DNA of 64,000 nt from a bacterium. Lineage in GTDB: Bacteria > Bacillota_I > Bacilli_A > Izemoplasmatales > UBA1188. A program made the position numbers and the translations under genes. The stretch is from positions 8,679-72,678 of the forward strand of contig JAFXYB010000022.1 in NCBI GenBank assembly GCA_017541975.1, given 5' to 3'. Positions 9,947 to 19,524 of the stretch are shown piece after piece; position 1 is the first letter of the stretch, and the number at the start of each line of letters is the position of its first letter. The notes below the pieces were generated by a model. That model was not told the origin of the DNA and ran no database searches. It saw only the letters and a program-made list of their open reading frames with translations.

Positions 9947-10942
9947 ATGATTAATGAAAAAGATATCAATGATTTTAGTCTAAAAATAAAAGAAATATAT
10001 GAACAAATCAATAGAGACGTTATCGGTATAAAAGAAGTAATCGAAGGAACAGTTGTTGCGATGATTGCTGGTGGTAACGTACTACTAGAAGGTGTTCCTG
10101 GCGTTGGTAAAACACGTTTAGTTAGAACCTTAGGTAGAGTATTTGGACTACCATTTTCAAGAATCCAATTTACTCCAGACTTAATGCCAGCTGACGTTAC
10201 AGGTACAAACATGGTTGTTAAAGATGATAGTGGTAAAACATCATTTGAATTCCAACCAGGCCCAATCTTCGCAAGTATCATTCTTGCCGATGAAATAAAC
10301 CGTGCCACACCAAAAACACAATCAGCTCTTCTTGAAGCGATGCAGGAACATAAAGTTACTGTAATGGGCGTTTCAAGACCACTTCAAGAACCATTCTTCG
10401 TTCTTGCAACCCAAAACCCAATTGAACAAGATGGTACATATCCTCTACCTGAGGCTCAAATGGACCGTTTCATGTTCAAGATCTTAGTACCAAACCCAGG
10501 TCTTGAAGACTTAATGACAATCGTCAACTTAACTCAAAAGACTATGGCAGAAGTAGCTGATACCGTTTGTAGCGGTGAAGAACTCTTAAAGATGAGGGAA
10601 ACTGCAAACAATATCCCAGTTGCAACTGATGTATTAACTTATGCAATGATTTTAGTTGCTGCAACACATCCAACTGGTGAATATGCCTCAGAAACAGCTA
10701 AAAAATATCTACGTTTAGGTGCATCTCCACGTGCTGGTCAAGCATTTATCAGTTGTGGTAAGGTAAAAGCCTTAATTAAAGGAAGATATAATGTTGCATA
10801 CGAAGATATCGATGAACTTGCAACAATGATTCTTCGTCACAGAATCAAACTCAATTTTGAAGCTGTTGCCGATAGAGTATCTCCTGATACAATTATCGAA
10901 GAAATTATCAAAGAAGTTAGAGCAAAATATAAAATAAAATAA
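9947..10942 (+). CDS. moxR: MoxR family AAA+ ATPase
   Basis: Walker A GVPGVGKT, RIQFTPDLMPAD, Walker B ILADEINRATPKTQSALLEAM, ATQNPIEQDGTYPLPEAQMDRF, GASPRA. Confidence 0.97.
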   Translation: MINEKDINDFSLKIKEIYEQINRDVIGIKEVIEGTVVAMIAGGNVLLEGVPGVGKTRLVRTLGRVFGLPFSRIQFTPDLMPADVTGTNMVVKDDSGKTSFEFQPGPIFASIILADEINRATPKTQSALLEAMQEHKVTVMGVSRPLQEPFFVLATQNPIEQDGTYPLPEAQMDRFMFKILVPNPGLEDLMTIVNLTQKTMAEVADTVCSGEELLKMRETANNIPVATDVLTYAMILVAATHPTGEYASETAKKYLRLGASPRAGQAFISCGKVKALIKGRYNVAYEDIDELATMILRHRIKLNFEAVADRVSPDTIIEEIIKEVRAKYKIK

Positions 10943-10976
10943 TACTCTAGTAATCTAGAGAAGTGGAAGTGATATT

Positions 10977-11876
10977 ATGGAACTATCATATATTAATGAC
11001 GCATTTTTTAGTCGTCTTGAATCTTTGTCTTTCAATTTAAAATCATATTTAAGCGGATATTTCGGCGGAAAACATCTGGTCAAAACATTTGGCCAGACCG
11101 TCGAATTTGCCGATTTTAGAGATTATCAGCTTGGTGATGATATTAGAAGAATCGACTGGAATTTATATAGTAGATTCGAAAAATTCTTCATCAGGCTTTT
11201 TACTGATGAAAGACAAATGAAAGTATCAATATTCCTAGATGTATCTGCATCTATGGGAAAGGATAACCCTAAAAAAGCTGCCTATGCAACTGCATGTGCT
11301 GCCGGTATTGGATATCTTGCAATACATAATATGGATAAAGTTTCCTTCAATATCATGAAAGAAGAAACATGCGAAAACAAGTATGGTACAATCGTTGGTA
11401 AAAACCAATTTTTCCGTTCGATTGAAGTACTTGAAAATATCACCTTTGAGGGTGAAACCGATATCACAAAGTGTATTCTAAATTCTAATGATGATGGAAC
11501 TGCGAATGGACTTACTGTGATTATTTCAGATTTCCTAACTGAAGGAAACTGGAAAAAGGCAGTCGATTACTTATTATATAAGAAAAGACAAGTTTTATTG
11601 CTTCAAATATTAACACCAGAAGAACTCGAACCAACATACACTGGTAGAGTTAATTTAATCGACTCAGAGTCTTTGGATATCTCAGATCCAAAGAATATGA
11701 GACTTAGAATCAATATTGGTCTTCAAAGCGCGTACCAAATGGCTCTTGAGGAATTCAAAAAAGATATTTCTGACTATGCTAAAAAAAGAGAAGTAGATTA
11801 TATCTCAATAGATACAAGCGAAGCCATTGAAAGTGTGCTTTTTAAACAATTATTAAAGGTAGGAATGATGTCATGA
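10977..11876 (+). CDS. DUF58 domain protein
   Basis: GQTVEFADFRDYQLGDDIRRIDWNLYSR signature, LDVSASM, IISDFL; typical MoxR partner. Confidence 0.95.
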   Translation: MELSYINDAFFSRLESLSFNLKSYLSGYFGGKHLVKTFGQTVEFADFRDYQLGDDIRRIDWNLYSRFEKFFIRLFTDERQMKVSIFLDVSASMGKDNPKKAAYATACAAGIGYLAIHNMDKVSFNIMKEETCENKYGTIVGKNQFFRSIEVLENITFEGETDITKCILNSNDDGTANGLTVIISDFLTEGNWKKAVDYLLYKKRQVLLLQILTPEELEPTYTGRVNLIDSESLDISDPKNMRLRINIGLQSAYQMALEEFKKDISDYAKKREVDYISIDTSEAIESVLFKQLLKVGMMS

Positions 11877-13825
11877 CTTTAATGAACTTAATCGGTTTAT
11901 TATCGCTCATAAGTCTTATTATTTTACTTATTATTTATATTCTTAAACCAAATTATCAACAACAATTTATTTCAAGTACTTATATTTGGAAGTTAAGTTT
12001 AAAATACAGAAAAAGAAGACTTCCAACAAGTAAACTTAGAAATATATTATTGATAATATGCCAAGTTCTCTTACTATTAACTTTAACAGCTATTATTGTT
12101 AGACCTGTGAATATCACAAAAGAAACAGTCGAAAACGAAGCAATAATAGTAATAGATGCATCAGCTAGTATGAGAACGCAATATGAAGATAAGACAAGAT
12201 TTGAAAGAGCAGTAGATTTAGTAAAAGAAAAAGCAAATGAAACATTTGATAAAGAAGGAGCTGTAACAGTTGTCATATCTGACAATAAACCTCATTTCTT
12301 GGTGGAACGAGGTACAGTAAATTCGAAAGACGATATTCAAAGGAACTTGGATAATTTAAAATCCGATTTTTATTCATGTTCATATGGAGAAACTAGTCTT
12401 TCAGATTCAATTAGCCTTTGTCATGATATCCTAATTGATAATCCAAATGCTCATATCTATATTTATACTGATACTACAGTTTCCTATACAGATGATACAA
12501 TTGAAGTTATCAATGTTTGTACAGAAGGAGAAAACAACTTCGCAGTACTTGATGCTTATGCAGAAATAGTAGATAACTATTATTCATTTGTAGTAGAAGT
12601 TGCTGGATATGGTAGAGATGAAAATGTCATTGTAACACTATCTGTTTATGGCGCAAATGCAACTGATGTTGATCCAGATGGTGTTAATCTAACTTTCTCT
12701 CTTGATGTTGATTTAGTAAGCGATAAACCAAAAAGAGTAGTATTTATTAATGAATATCCTGAGTCCTTCAATGAAGAAGAAAACACAGAATATTTCATTA
12801 TCAGTGAGCTTGAAAGAATTTTCTCATATGATTCAGCTCATGTTGAAATAGATATCGAAGATTGTTTCAATGAAGACAATTTCGTCGAAATCTATGGTGG
12901 AACTAAAGAAGACATTAAAGTCGTATACTGTTCAAATAAATCAAACAGTTTCTTTAATGGTATTATGTTCGTTTTAAGAGACGCTCTTAAAAATAAATAT
13001 CATATTGATTATACAGAGATTAAAGATGGCGATGTTCCATATAGAGGATATGATTTCTATATCTATGAACATGAAATGATGCCTGATGTTACACCAAACG
13101 ATGGTATCGTTCTTTATGCCGACCCACAAAAAGATACAGAATCAACTGGTTTTAGAGTCTATGGATACTATGATCTTGATAAGGTATCTGTTTCCTTCAC
13201 TCAAGAAAGTGAACATCCATTACTAGATGGAGTAGTAGTAGATAATATTACAGCATCTAGATATACTGAACTCTCACAGTTTGATCGTAACTATGAAGTT
13301 TTAGCAACTCTAAACAATAGACCAGTTTTAATGGTTAAAAACGAAGAAAACTATAAGATAGTTGTAATGCTATTTAGCTTACACTATTCGAATTTAGCAT
13401 TATTAAAAGAATTCCCTATTCTTTTCACTAATATTTTTGAATATTTCCTCCCATCAACAATCGAAGGAAATTCATTCGAAGTTAATGATGAAGTAAAGGT
13501 GAATGCGAGAAGCCAAGAAATTACGATTACTGGTTATGATGAAACAATAAGGATTGATGAATTCCCAAGCACAGTTTCACTCAAACTTCCAGGATCATAC
13601 ACAATCGAGCAAACAACATATTTTGGAAAGAATATCACCGAAAAGATATATGCAAAAGTTCCAAAAGATGAATCAAATATATTCCCAGTACTAGATAGCC
13701 TTTCTAGTCCTATTGCAGCTGTTGATGAATATGATTACATCAATGACTGGTTATTCTATTTAGCAATTGCCTTATGTGCCCTTTCATTCATTGAATGGCT
13801 ATTAAAAGGCAATGAATCGGCGTAG
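11873..13825 (+). CDS. BatA-N-terminal-domain / vWA membrane protein
   Basis: BatA-like N-terminus (LLIIYILKP...SSTYIWK...ILLIICQVLLL..IVRP), MIDAS-like IDASASM, C-terminal TM ending FIEWLL; ATGA overlap with DUF58 gene. Confidence 0.9.
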   Translation: MTLMNLIGLLSLISLIILLIIYILKPNYQQQFISSTYIWKLSLKYRKRRLPTSKLRNILLIICQVLLLLTLTAIIVRPVNITKETVENEAIIVIDASASMRTQYEDKTRFERAVDLVKEKANETFDKEGAVTVVISDNKPHFLVERGTVNSKDDIQRNLDNLKSDFYSCSYGETSLSDSISLCHDILIDNPNAHIYIYTDTTVSYTDDTIEVINVCTEGENNFAVLDAYAEIVDNYYSFVVEVAGYGRDENVIVTLSVYGANATDVDPDGVNLTFSLDVDLVSDKPKRVVFINEYPESFNEEENTEYFIISELERIFSYDSAHVEIDIEDCFNEDNFVEIYGGTKEDIKVVYCSNKSNSFFNGIMFVLRDALKNKYHIDYTEIKDGDVPYRGYDFYIYEHEMMPDVTPNDGIVLYADPQKDTESTGFRVYGYYDLDKVSVSFTQESEHPLLDGVVVDNITASRYTELSQFDRNYEVLATLNNRPVLMVKNEENYKIVVMLFSLHYSNLALLKEFPILFTNIFEYFLPSTIEGNSFEVNDEVKVNARSQEITITGYDETIRIDEFPSTVSLKLPGSYTIEQTTYFGKNITEKIYAKVPKDESNIFPVLDSLSSPIAAVDEYDYINDWLFYLAIALCALSFIEWLLKGNESA

Positions 13826-13836
13826 GAGGTGAAGAT

Positions 13837-16716
13837 ATGTTAGGTATTTCAATGCACTTCTCTCGCCCAATATTACTATTATTCTTAATCCCATTCTTAG
13901 CGTTTACGGTTATTCCATACTTTAGACTTTCTAAAAAATATAGAAAGACAAGAAACCGTATCACATCAATGGTACTTCATGGAATATTATCCACTCTTGC
14001 AGTATTGCTTCTTGCTGGATGTATCTTTGTTAGCAGCAGGAAGAATCCAGATAATGAATTAATCATTTTAGTCGATGTCTCAAATACAGAAAACGAATCG
14101 AAAGATTCTAGAGACAAATTTGTAAAAGATTTAATTAATCAATGTTCATTTGATAACGTAAAAGTTGGTATTGTGACATTCGGATATGATCAAGAATACG
14201 TTGCAGAACTAACTGATGAATATGATGATTTATATGAAAAATATTTAAATGCACCACTTCCTGATACTTCCGCAACAAATATCGCATCCGCAATCAACTA
14301 TGCTAAAGAATTATTCACTAATTATGAATCAGGAAAGATAGTAATCATTTCTGATGGTAAAGAAACTGATGAAAATAGTAAGACTGTCATCAAAGGTGCA
14401 GTTGCATCTGGTTTAAAGATTGATACAGTATACGTTCCATCTATGTATGATGGTGATGAAACAGAAATAGTTAGTGTCGAATTCCCTGAATATCATATCA
14501 ATAAAGGTGAAGAATTCACTCTTTCACTAAATATAAAGAGTAATTTCACACATAATGCGATTATATCTTTATATGATAATGGCGTTTTAGATACACTTTC
14601 AGATGTTGCAGTTGATATTATTGAAGGTGAACAAACAATATTATTAAAACATACATTTGCTAATGATGGACTTCATGAATTATCATTCAAAATCAACGAT
14701 CTACAAGATGTAGTAGCAGAAAACAACGAATACATCTCTTACATGTATGTTGAATCATTCAACAAGGTTTTAATCTTAGAACAAAATATTGGTGAATCAA
14801 ATCTCTTAAGAAGTGTCTTAACTGAAAATGATGAATTCCAAGTTAATGTGATGAATGTTAAAACTGATACACTTCCAAAAACAGCACTTGAACTTTGTGC
14901 GTATGATGAAGTGATTTTAAACAACATTGCGAACTCTGATTTAGAAGGAAGCTTTGTAGAAGCATTAAATGAATATGTTTATAACTATGGTGGTGGGCTC
15001 TTCACAACTGGTGGTAACGATTCTACAGATGGAACTATGTCTCATTCTTATAATAGAACTGATATGGTTGGTTCCCTCTATCAACAAATGTTACCTGTTC
15101 AAGTAATCAACTATACTCCTCCAGTTGGTGTAATCTTCATCATCGATAGATCAGGTTCAATGTCTGAAGTCGCAGAAGATGGTAGTACACTTCTTGAATG
15201 GGCAAAAGCTGGTACCTTCTCTGCTGCAATCAACGCTCTAACAGAAAGAGATTATGTCGGAATTATGAGTCTTGAATCTGACTATGGTATGATTCTTGAA
15301 TTAACTCCAAGAACACAAGAAGCTAAGATCAGATCAGCAATCGACAGTATTGATACAGCTGATGGTAGTACAACTTTCTCAGGTGCTATCGAAAGAGCGG
15401 GTCAAATACTTCGTTCTGCTAAAAATGTTGATAAAAAGCATATTGTAATAGTATCTGATGGTTGGGTAACTGAATCAAGTAACGAAACATATGAAAGACT
15501 TGCAAAACAATATTATGAAACTGATGGTATCACAATCTCCGTTATTGGTGTAAGTATGTCTACACCGATAGATGCAGTGAATTATAAAGATGAAACTGAC
15601 GTTGAAAATATTCCAACTGTTGGCGCTTATTATATGATGTTAAGGTTAACAATGATTGGTCATGGTAGACTTCATGCTATACCAACAAATGAATCAGCAA
15701 GAATCGTCCCAGAAATGAGAGAAGACTTAAAAGCTGATGATATTAAAGAAGTAAGTGATGAGCCATTCTATCCAATAATCGTAAACAATACTGCATCAGT
15801 ATTTAATGGTGTTGAAAGGTTAAACGATGAAGAACACGGAAACACTATGACTATGCAAATAGAAGGTTTCTATGGAACTAAGATACGTGATGGTGCAACT
15901 CTCCTTCTTACAGGCGAATATAATGTTCCTCTCTATGCTCAGTGGAAATATGGAAACGGTATGGTTGGTAGTTTCATGTCTGATGTCTATGGACTATATA
16001 CTGGTGACTTTATGAGTGATCCTAGTGGCACAACTTTCTTAAAGAACGTTATAAAGAATCTGACTCCAACATCAAATATTAGAGATAACGACATAAAACT
16101 TACACTCTATGAAGAAAACTATTCTAACCAATTAAGTATTCTAACCGGATTTAATGAAGGGGAATACTTAGAAGGTAAGATTATATATGAGGATAGTGAA
16201 ACAGGTACTGTCGAAGTATCGATGAATACTCTAGTTGAGGATGCAACAAAAGAATTAATTAGGAATTCTAATGTCTTCATTTTAAATCCAATGACAGAGG
16301 CTAATAACTATTCAAGATGTAAGTTTATCATTAGAAAACCTGGTACATATACTATTGAAATCAATAAATATAATGAAGCCGGTGAACTCGTTGGTTCAAA
16401 TACTATAAATAAAACACTTGCGTATTCTAAAGAATATGAAGCGTTCGAAGAAGAAGATTATAATCCAAAAGAATTATTATCAATAATATCTAAAAATGGT
16501 AATGGTATTCTAGTTGATGATTTAACTGATGCTCATAGTATAATCGATTCTTTTGAAACAATAATCTATAAAGAATTTGACCCAAGATACTTATTCGCAA
16601 TTATGATGATTGTGCTCTTCCTAGCGGATGTTGCAGTAAGAAAGTTCAAATTCAAATGGCCACACGAAATTATTAAGAAATATCGTGAAAAGAAACTAGA
16701 AGGTGATAAGAAATGA
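13837..16716 (+). CDS. Membrane protein with two vWA domains and a GATase1-like domain
   Basis: N-terminal TM pair; vWA1 ILVDVSNT..IISDGKET; YDEVILNNI..GGGLFTTGG class-I-amidotransferase-like segment; vWA2 IIDRSGSM..IVSDG; PLYAQWKYGNGMVG; C-terminal TM LFLADVAVRK. Confidence 0.88.
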   Translation: MLGISMHFSRPILLLFLIPFLAFTVIPYFRLSKKYRKTRNRITSMVLHGILSTLAVLLLAGCIFVSSRKNPDNELIILVDVSNTENESKDSRDKFVKDLINQCSFDNVKVGIVTFGYDQEYVAELTDEYDDLYEKYLNAPLPDTSATNIASAINYAKELFTNYESGKIVIISDGKETDENSKTVIKGAVASGLKIDTVYVPSMYDGDETEIVSVEFPEYHINKGEEFTLSLNIKSNFTHNAIISLYDNGVLDTLSDVAVDIIEGEQTILLKHTFANDGLHELSFKINDLQDVVAENNEYISYMYVESFNKVLILEQNIGESNLLRSVLTENDEFQVNVMNVKTDTLPKTALELCAYDEVILNNIANSDLEGSFVEALNEYVYNYGGGLFTTGGNDSTDGTMSHSYNRTDMVGSLYQQMLPVQVINYTPPVGVIFIIDRSGSMSEVAEDGSTLLEWAKAGTFSAAINALTERDYVGIMSLESDYGMILELTPRTQEAKIRSAIDSIDTADGSTTFSGAIERAGQILRSAKNVDKKHIVIVSDGWVTESSNETYERLAKQYYETDGITISVIGVSMSTPIDAVNYKDETDVENIPTVGAYYMMLRLTMIGHGRLHAIPTNESARIVPEMREDLKADDIKEVSDEPFYPIIVNNTASVFNGVERLNDEEHGNTMTMQIEGFYGTKIRDGATLLLTGEYNVPLYAQWKYGNGMVGSFMSDVYGLYTGDFMSDPSGTTFLKNVIKNLTPTSNIRDNDIKLTLYEENYSNQLSILTGFNEGEYLEGKIIYEDSETGTVEVSMNTLVEDATKELIRNSNVFILNPMTEANNYSRCKFIIRKPGTYTIEINKYNEAGELVGSNTINKTLAYSKEYEAFEEEDYNPKELLSIISKNGNGILVDDLTDAHSIIDSFETIIYKEFDPRYLFAIMMIVLFLADVAVRKFKFKWPHEIIKKYREKKLEGDKK

Positions 16717-19505
16717 AGAGATTAAGCCATATCCTCATTTGTCTATTTGTTTTTCTAAGCGTACTAACTCTTACATCTTGTAAAAAAGAATTATTAGCTC
16801 AGCCAACAAATATTTCAATTGACGAAGAAAACAACTTAATATGGGATAGTGTCGATGATGCAAAATCTTACACAGTTTATTTTTTAAACGTTGATTCAAA
16901 CATCACCACCTTCGAAAATGTTAGAAAAACTTCTTTCAGCCTATCGGAACTCGAAGAAGGAGATTATCAAATCACTATTAGATCTATTTCTGGTGTCAAT
17001 GATAAAAAAGATTCTTTAGATTCTGAAATTATCTACTATCATAAATACCCAGAAACTGGATGCGTTTATAAACTTATTAATAATAATACTGAATATGCGA
17101 TATCTAAAGTAGGCAGTGCTCAAGGAACATTTGTGATTGAGGATTATTACCGCGGTAAAGCAGTAACTGAAATCTCCGATAAAGCTTTTAAAGGTAGCAC
17201 AAAGGTCGTTGATATTACTTTAGGTTCAAATATTATCTCAATCGGTGAATCAGCATTTTGGAACTGTCCAAAGCTTGAAAGAATCACACTTCCAAACTCC
17301 CTAATCACAATAGGTAAAAGTGCATTCCAATCTTGTAGATCACTTAAAACTATTACTATTCCTTATGCTGTAACAGTAATACCTGAATATTGTTTCGCAT
17401 ATTGTAGAAATCTTGAAAGTATTACTTTCCCAGAAAACTTAAAATCAATTCTAGAATCTGCGTTCGTTGATTGTTCACTTCTTACAACCATTACTATTCC
17501 AGATAAAGTAGAAATAGTTGGCGCTTCAGCTTTCTTTGGATGCGAGAAGTTAGAGACAGTTATAATTGGTCCTAGCGTTGAATATATTAAAGAATCTGCA
17601 TTCTCTACATGCCATTCTTTAATCGAAGTAACATTTAAAGAAGGCTCTAATTTAAAAGAAATAGGAACTAGTGCCTTTAGAGAATGTAGTGTACTTGAAA
17701 CTATATCTTTACCAAATGGTTTAACCTTTATCGGTGAATCTTGTTTCGGTAACGATGTAAAGTTAGATTCTATCATTATTCCTGATACAGTAACTGGTGT
17801 TGGTAATAATGCTTTCCATGGCACAAAATTATTCAATGATCAGGTTAATGCAGGAGAAGATTTCATTTACGCTGATAACTGGTTGATATTCTCACCAGCT
17901 GCAGTAAGAAATACTATCGAAAGCATCACTACTGAAACATTAAAGGATACAGTAGTTGGTATTGCGGATAATGTGTTTGAAGGTTGCCCTGAGTTAAAAA
18001 CAGTAACTTTACCACAATCATTCAAATATATTGGTGCATATGCATTTAATAGTTGCCCTAATTTATGGAAGTTGGAAACCTTAGATAACAGTATTAAAAT
18101 AATTGGTGATTATTCATTTACTGGATGTAATCTTTTTAACGTTCAACTCGGTTATGGACTTGAAAGGATTGGCCACTTTGCCTTCTATGGCAATTTAATG
18201 CTTGATAATAACACACAAAGGCCATATGACTGGATTCCAGAAACTGTAACATCAATCGGCAAGGGTGCATTTAATAATACTGCGATGTACAATAATGCTG
18301 CTGCAGGCAGTGGAATTGTTTATGCCGGAAACTGGGCAGTGGGGCTCGCCCTTCCTTATACCGCTATTGATTTAAAGTTTGATCCAGATCATGTTGCGGG
18401 AATTGCGGATTATGCATTTATGTATGAAGGCTTCCCAGAACTTGCATCTGTACTTTCTATTAGATCAGTATCTGGTCTTGTAAATTGCAAATATATTGGT
18501 GTTGGTGCTTTCTATGGTAATGTTGAGCTCTCAAGTGTCTCATTAAATAGAAACTTAACAGAAATAAGAGAAGCGACTTTCTATAATACTGGTCTTGTAA
18601 GAGCTACTCTTCCAAGAACTTTAAAATCTATTGGTGATTATGCATTTTATGGAACTCAGCTTACTTCCTTAGATTTATCAACAACTAATGTTGAAACTAT
18701 AGGAAAGAGCGCTTTTTGTGGCGTCTCTGGACTCGTTGATGTTACATTTAATGATAAATTAACAACAATAGGTGATTATGCATTCTTCTGTTGCAACAAT
18801 ATTAAAAATCTCGATATCCCAGATAATGTTACATCAATTGGAGAGAATGCATTCTGTGGTTGCGAAGCAGTTGAAACCTTACACGTATCAACAAATGTTG
18901 AAACCTTAAAAACTGCAGTATTTGCTCACTGCGTATCTTTAAAGACCGTAACTGGACTTGAAAATATTAAAGTGATTGAACCAGAAGCATTCTACGAATG
19001 CCCTCTACTTGAAACTGTAGATTTAGGCGAAAAGTTAGAAACTATTGGTGATGCAGCTTTCTTCATGGATGAAAAATTAACAAGCGTTTATTTATCATCT
19101 AAAGTAAAAGAAATCGGAATTTATGCTTTCCAAGGTTGTTCATCTTTAGCATCATTAACAATACCTAGTTCAGTTAGAACTATTCAACAACACGCATTCT
19201 ATGAATGCTTTAACTTGACAATCTATACATCTTTTGAAACAAAACCAGGAGATTGGCACAATAGGTTTAATTCAAGCAGTAGAACAATTTTCTATCATAC
19301 TGAACTCGATGAATCAAATAATGTAATATCGGTTGATGTAAGCGAAGATAATCTACAATTTAGAAATGCTTTAAATGGTATTTCAGCGCCGATTTATAGA
19401 GGAAAATCCTTTATTAATTTTGTCGACGAAGATAATAATACATATACATTAGAAGATATTAAGTCATTAGACAAAGATATCAAACTAATCGCAAGATATG
19501 AATAA
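16713..19505 (+). CDS. BspA-type LRR lipoprotein with N-terminal FN3-like domain
   Basis: Signal peptide with lipobox LTSC; LAQPTNISI..LIWDSVDDAKSY; many IGxxAFxxCxxL repeats; ATGA overlap with the upstream gene. Confidence 0.92.
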   Translation: MKRLSHILICLFVFLSVLTLTSCKKELLAQPTNISIDEENNLIWDSVDDAKSYTVYFLNVDSNITTFENVRKTSFSLSELEEGDYQITIRSISGVNDKKDSLDSEIIYYHKYPETGCVYKLINNNTEYAISKVGSAQGTFVIEDYYRGKAVTEISDKAFKGSTKVVDITLGSNIISIGESAFWNCPKLERITLPNSLITIGKSAFQSCRSLKTITIPYAVTVIPEYCFAYCRNLESITFPENLKSILESAFVDCSLLTTITIPDKVEIVGASAFFGCEKLETVIIGPSVEYIKESAFSTCHSLIEVTFKEGSNLKEIGTSAFRECSVLETISLPNGLTFIGESCFGNDVKLDSIIIPDTVTGVGNNAFHGTKLFNDQVNAGEDFIYADNWLIFSPAAVRNTIESITTETLKDTVVGIADNVFEGCPELKTVTLPQSFKYIGAYAFNSCPNLWKLETLDNSIKIIGDYSFTGCNLFNVQLGYGLERIGHFAFYGNLMLDNNTQRPYDWIPETVTSIGKGAFNNTAMYNNAAAGSGIVYAGNWAVGLALPYTAIDLKFDPDHVAGIADYAFMYEGFPELASVLSIRSVSGLVNCKYIGVGAFYGNVELSSVSLNRNLTEIREATFYNTGLVRATLPRTLKSIGDYAFYGTQLTSLDLSTTNVETIGKSAFCGVSGLVDVTFNDKLTTIGDYAFFCCNNIKNLDIPDNVTSIGENAFCGCEAVETLHVSTNVETLKTAVFAHCVSLKTVTGLENIKVIEPEAFYECPLLETVDLGEKLETIGDAAFFMDEKLTSVYLSSKVKEIGIYAFQGCSSLASLTIPSSVRTIQQHAFYECFNLTIYTSFETKPGDWHNRFNSSSRTIFYHTELDESNNVISVDVSEDNLQFRNALNGISAPIYRGKSFINFVDEDNNTYTLEDIKSLDKDIKLIARYE

Positions 19506-19524
19506 TTAGGAGGATGGTAATCTT

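Noticed and set aside
10945-10960. Small hairpin CTCTAG-taat-CTAGAG between moxR and DUF58
   Set aside because: Only 6 bp with no U-tract; too weak to call.
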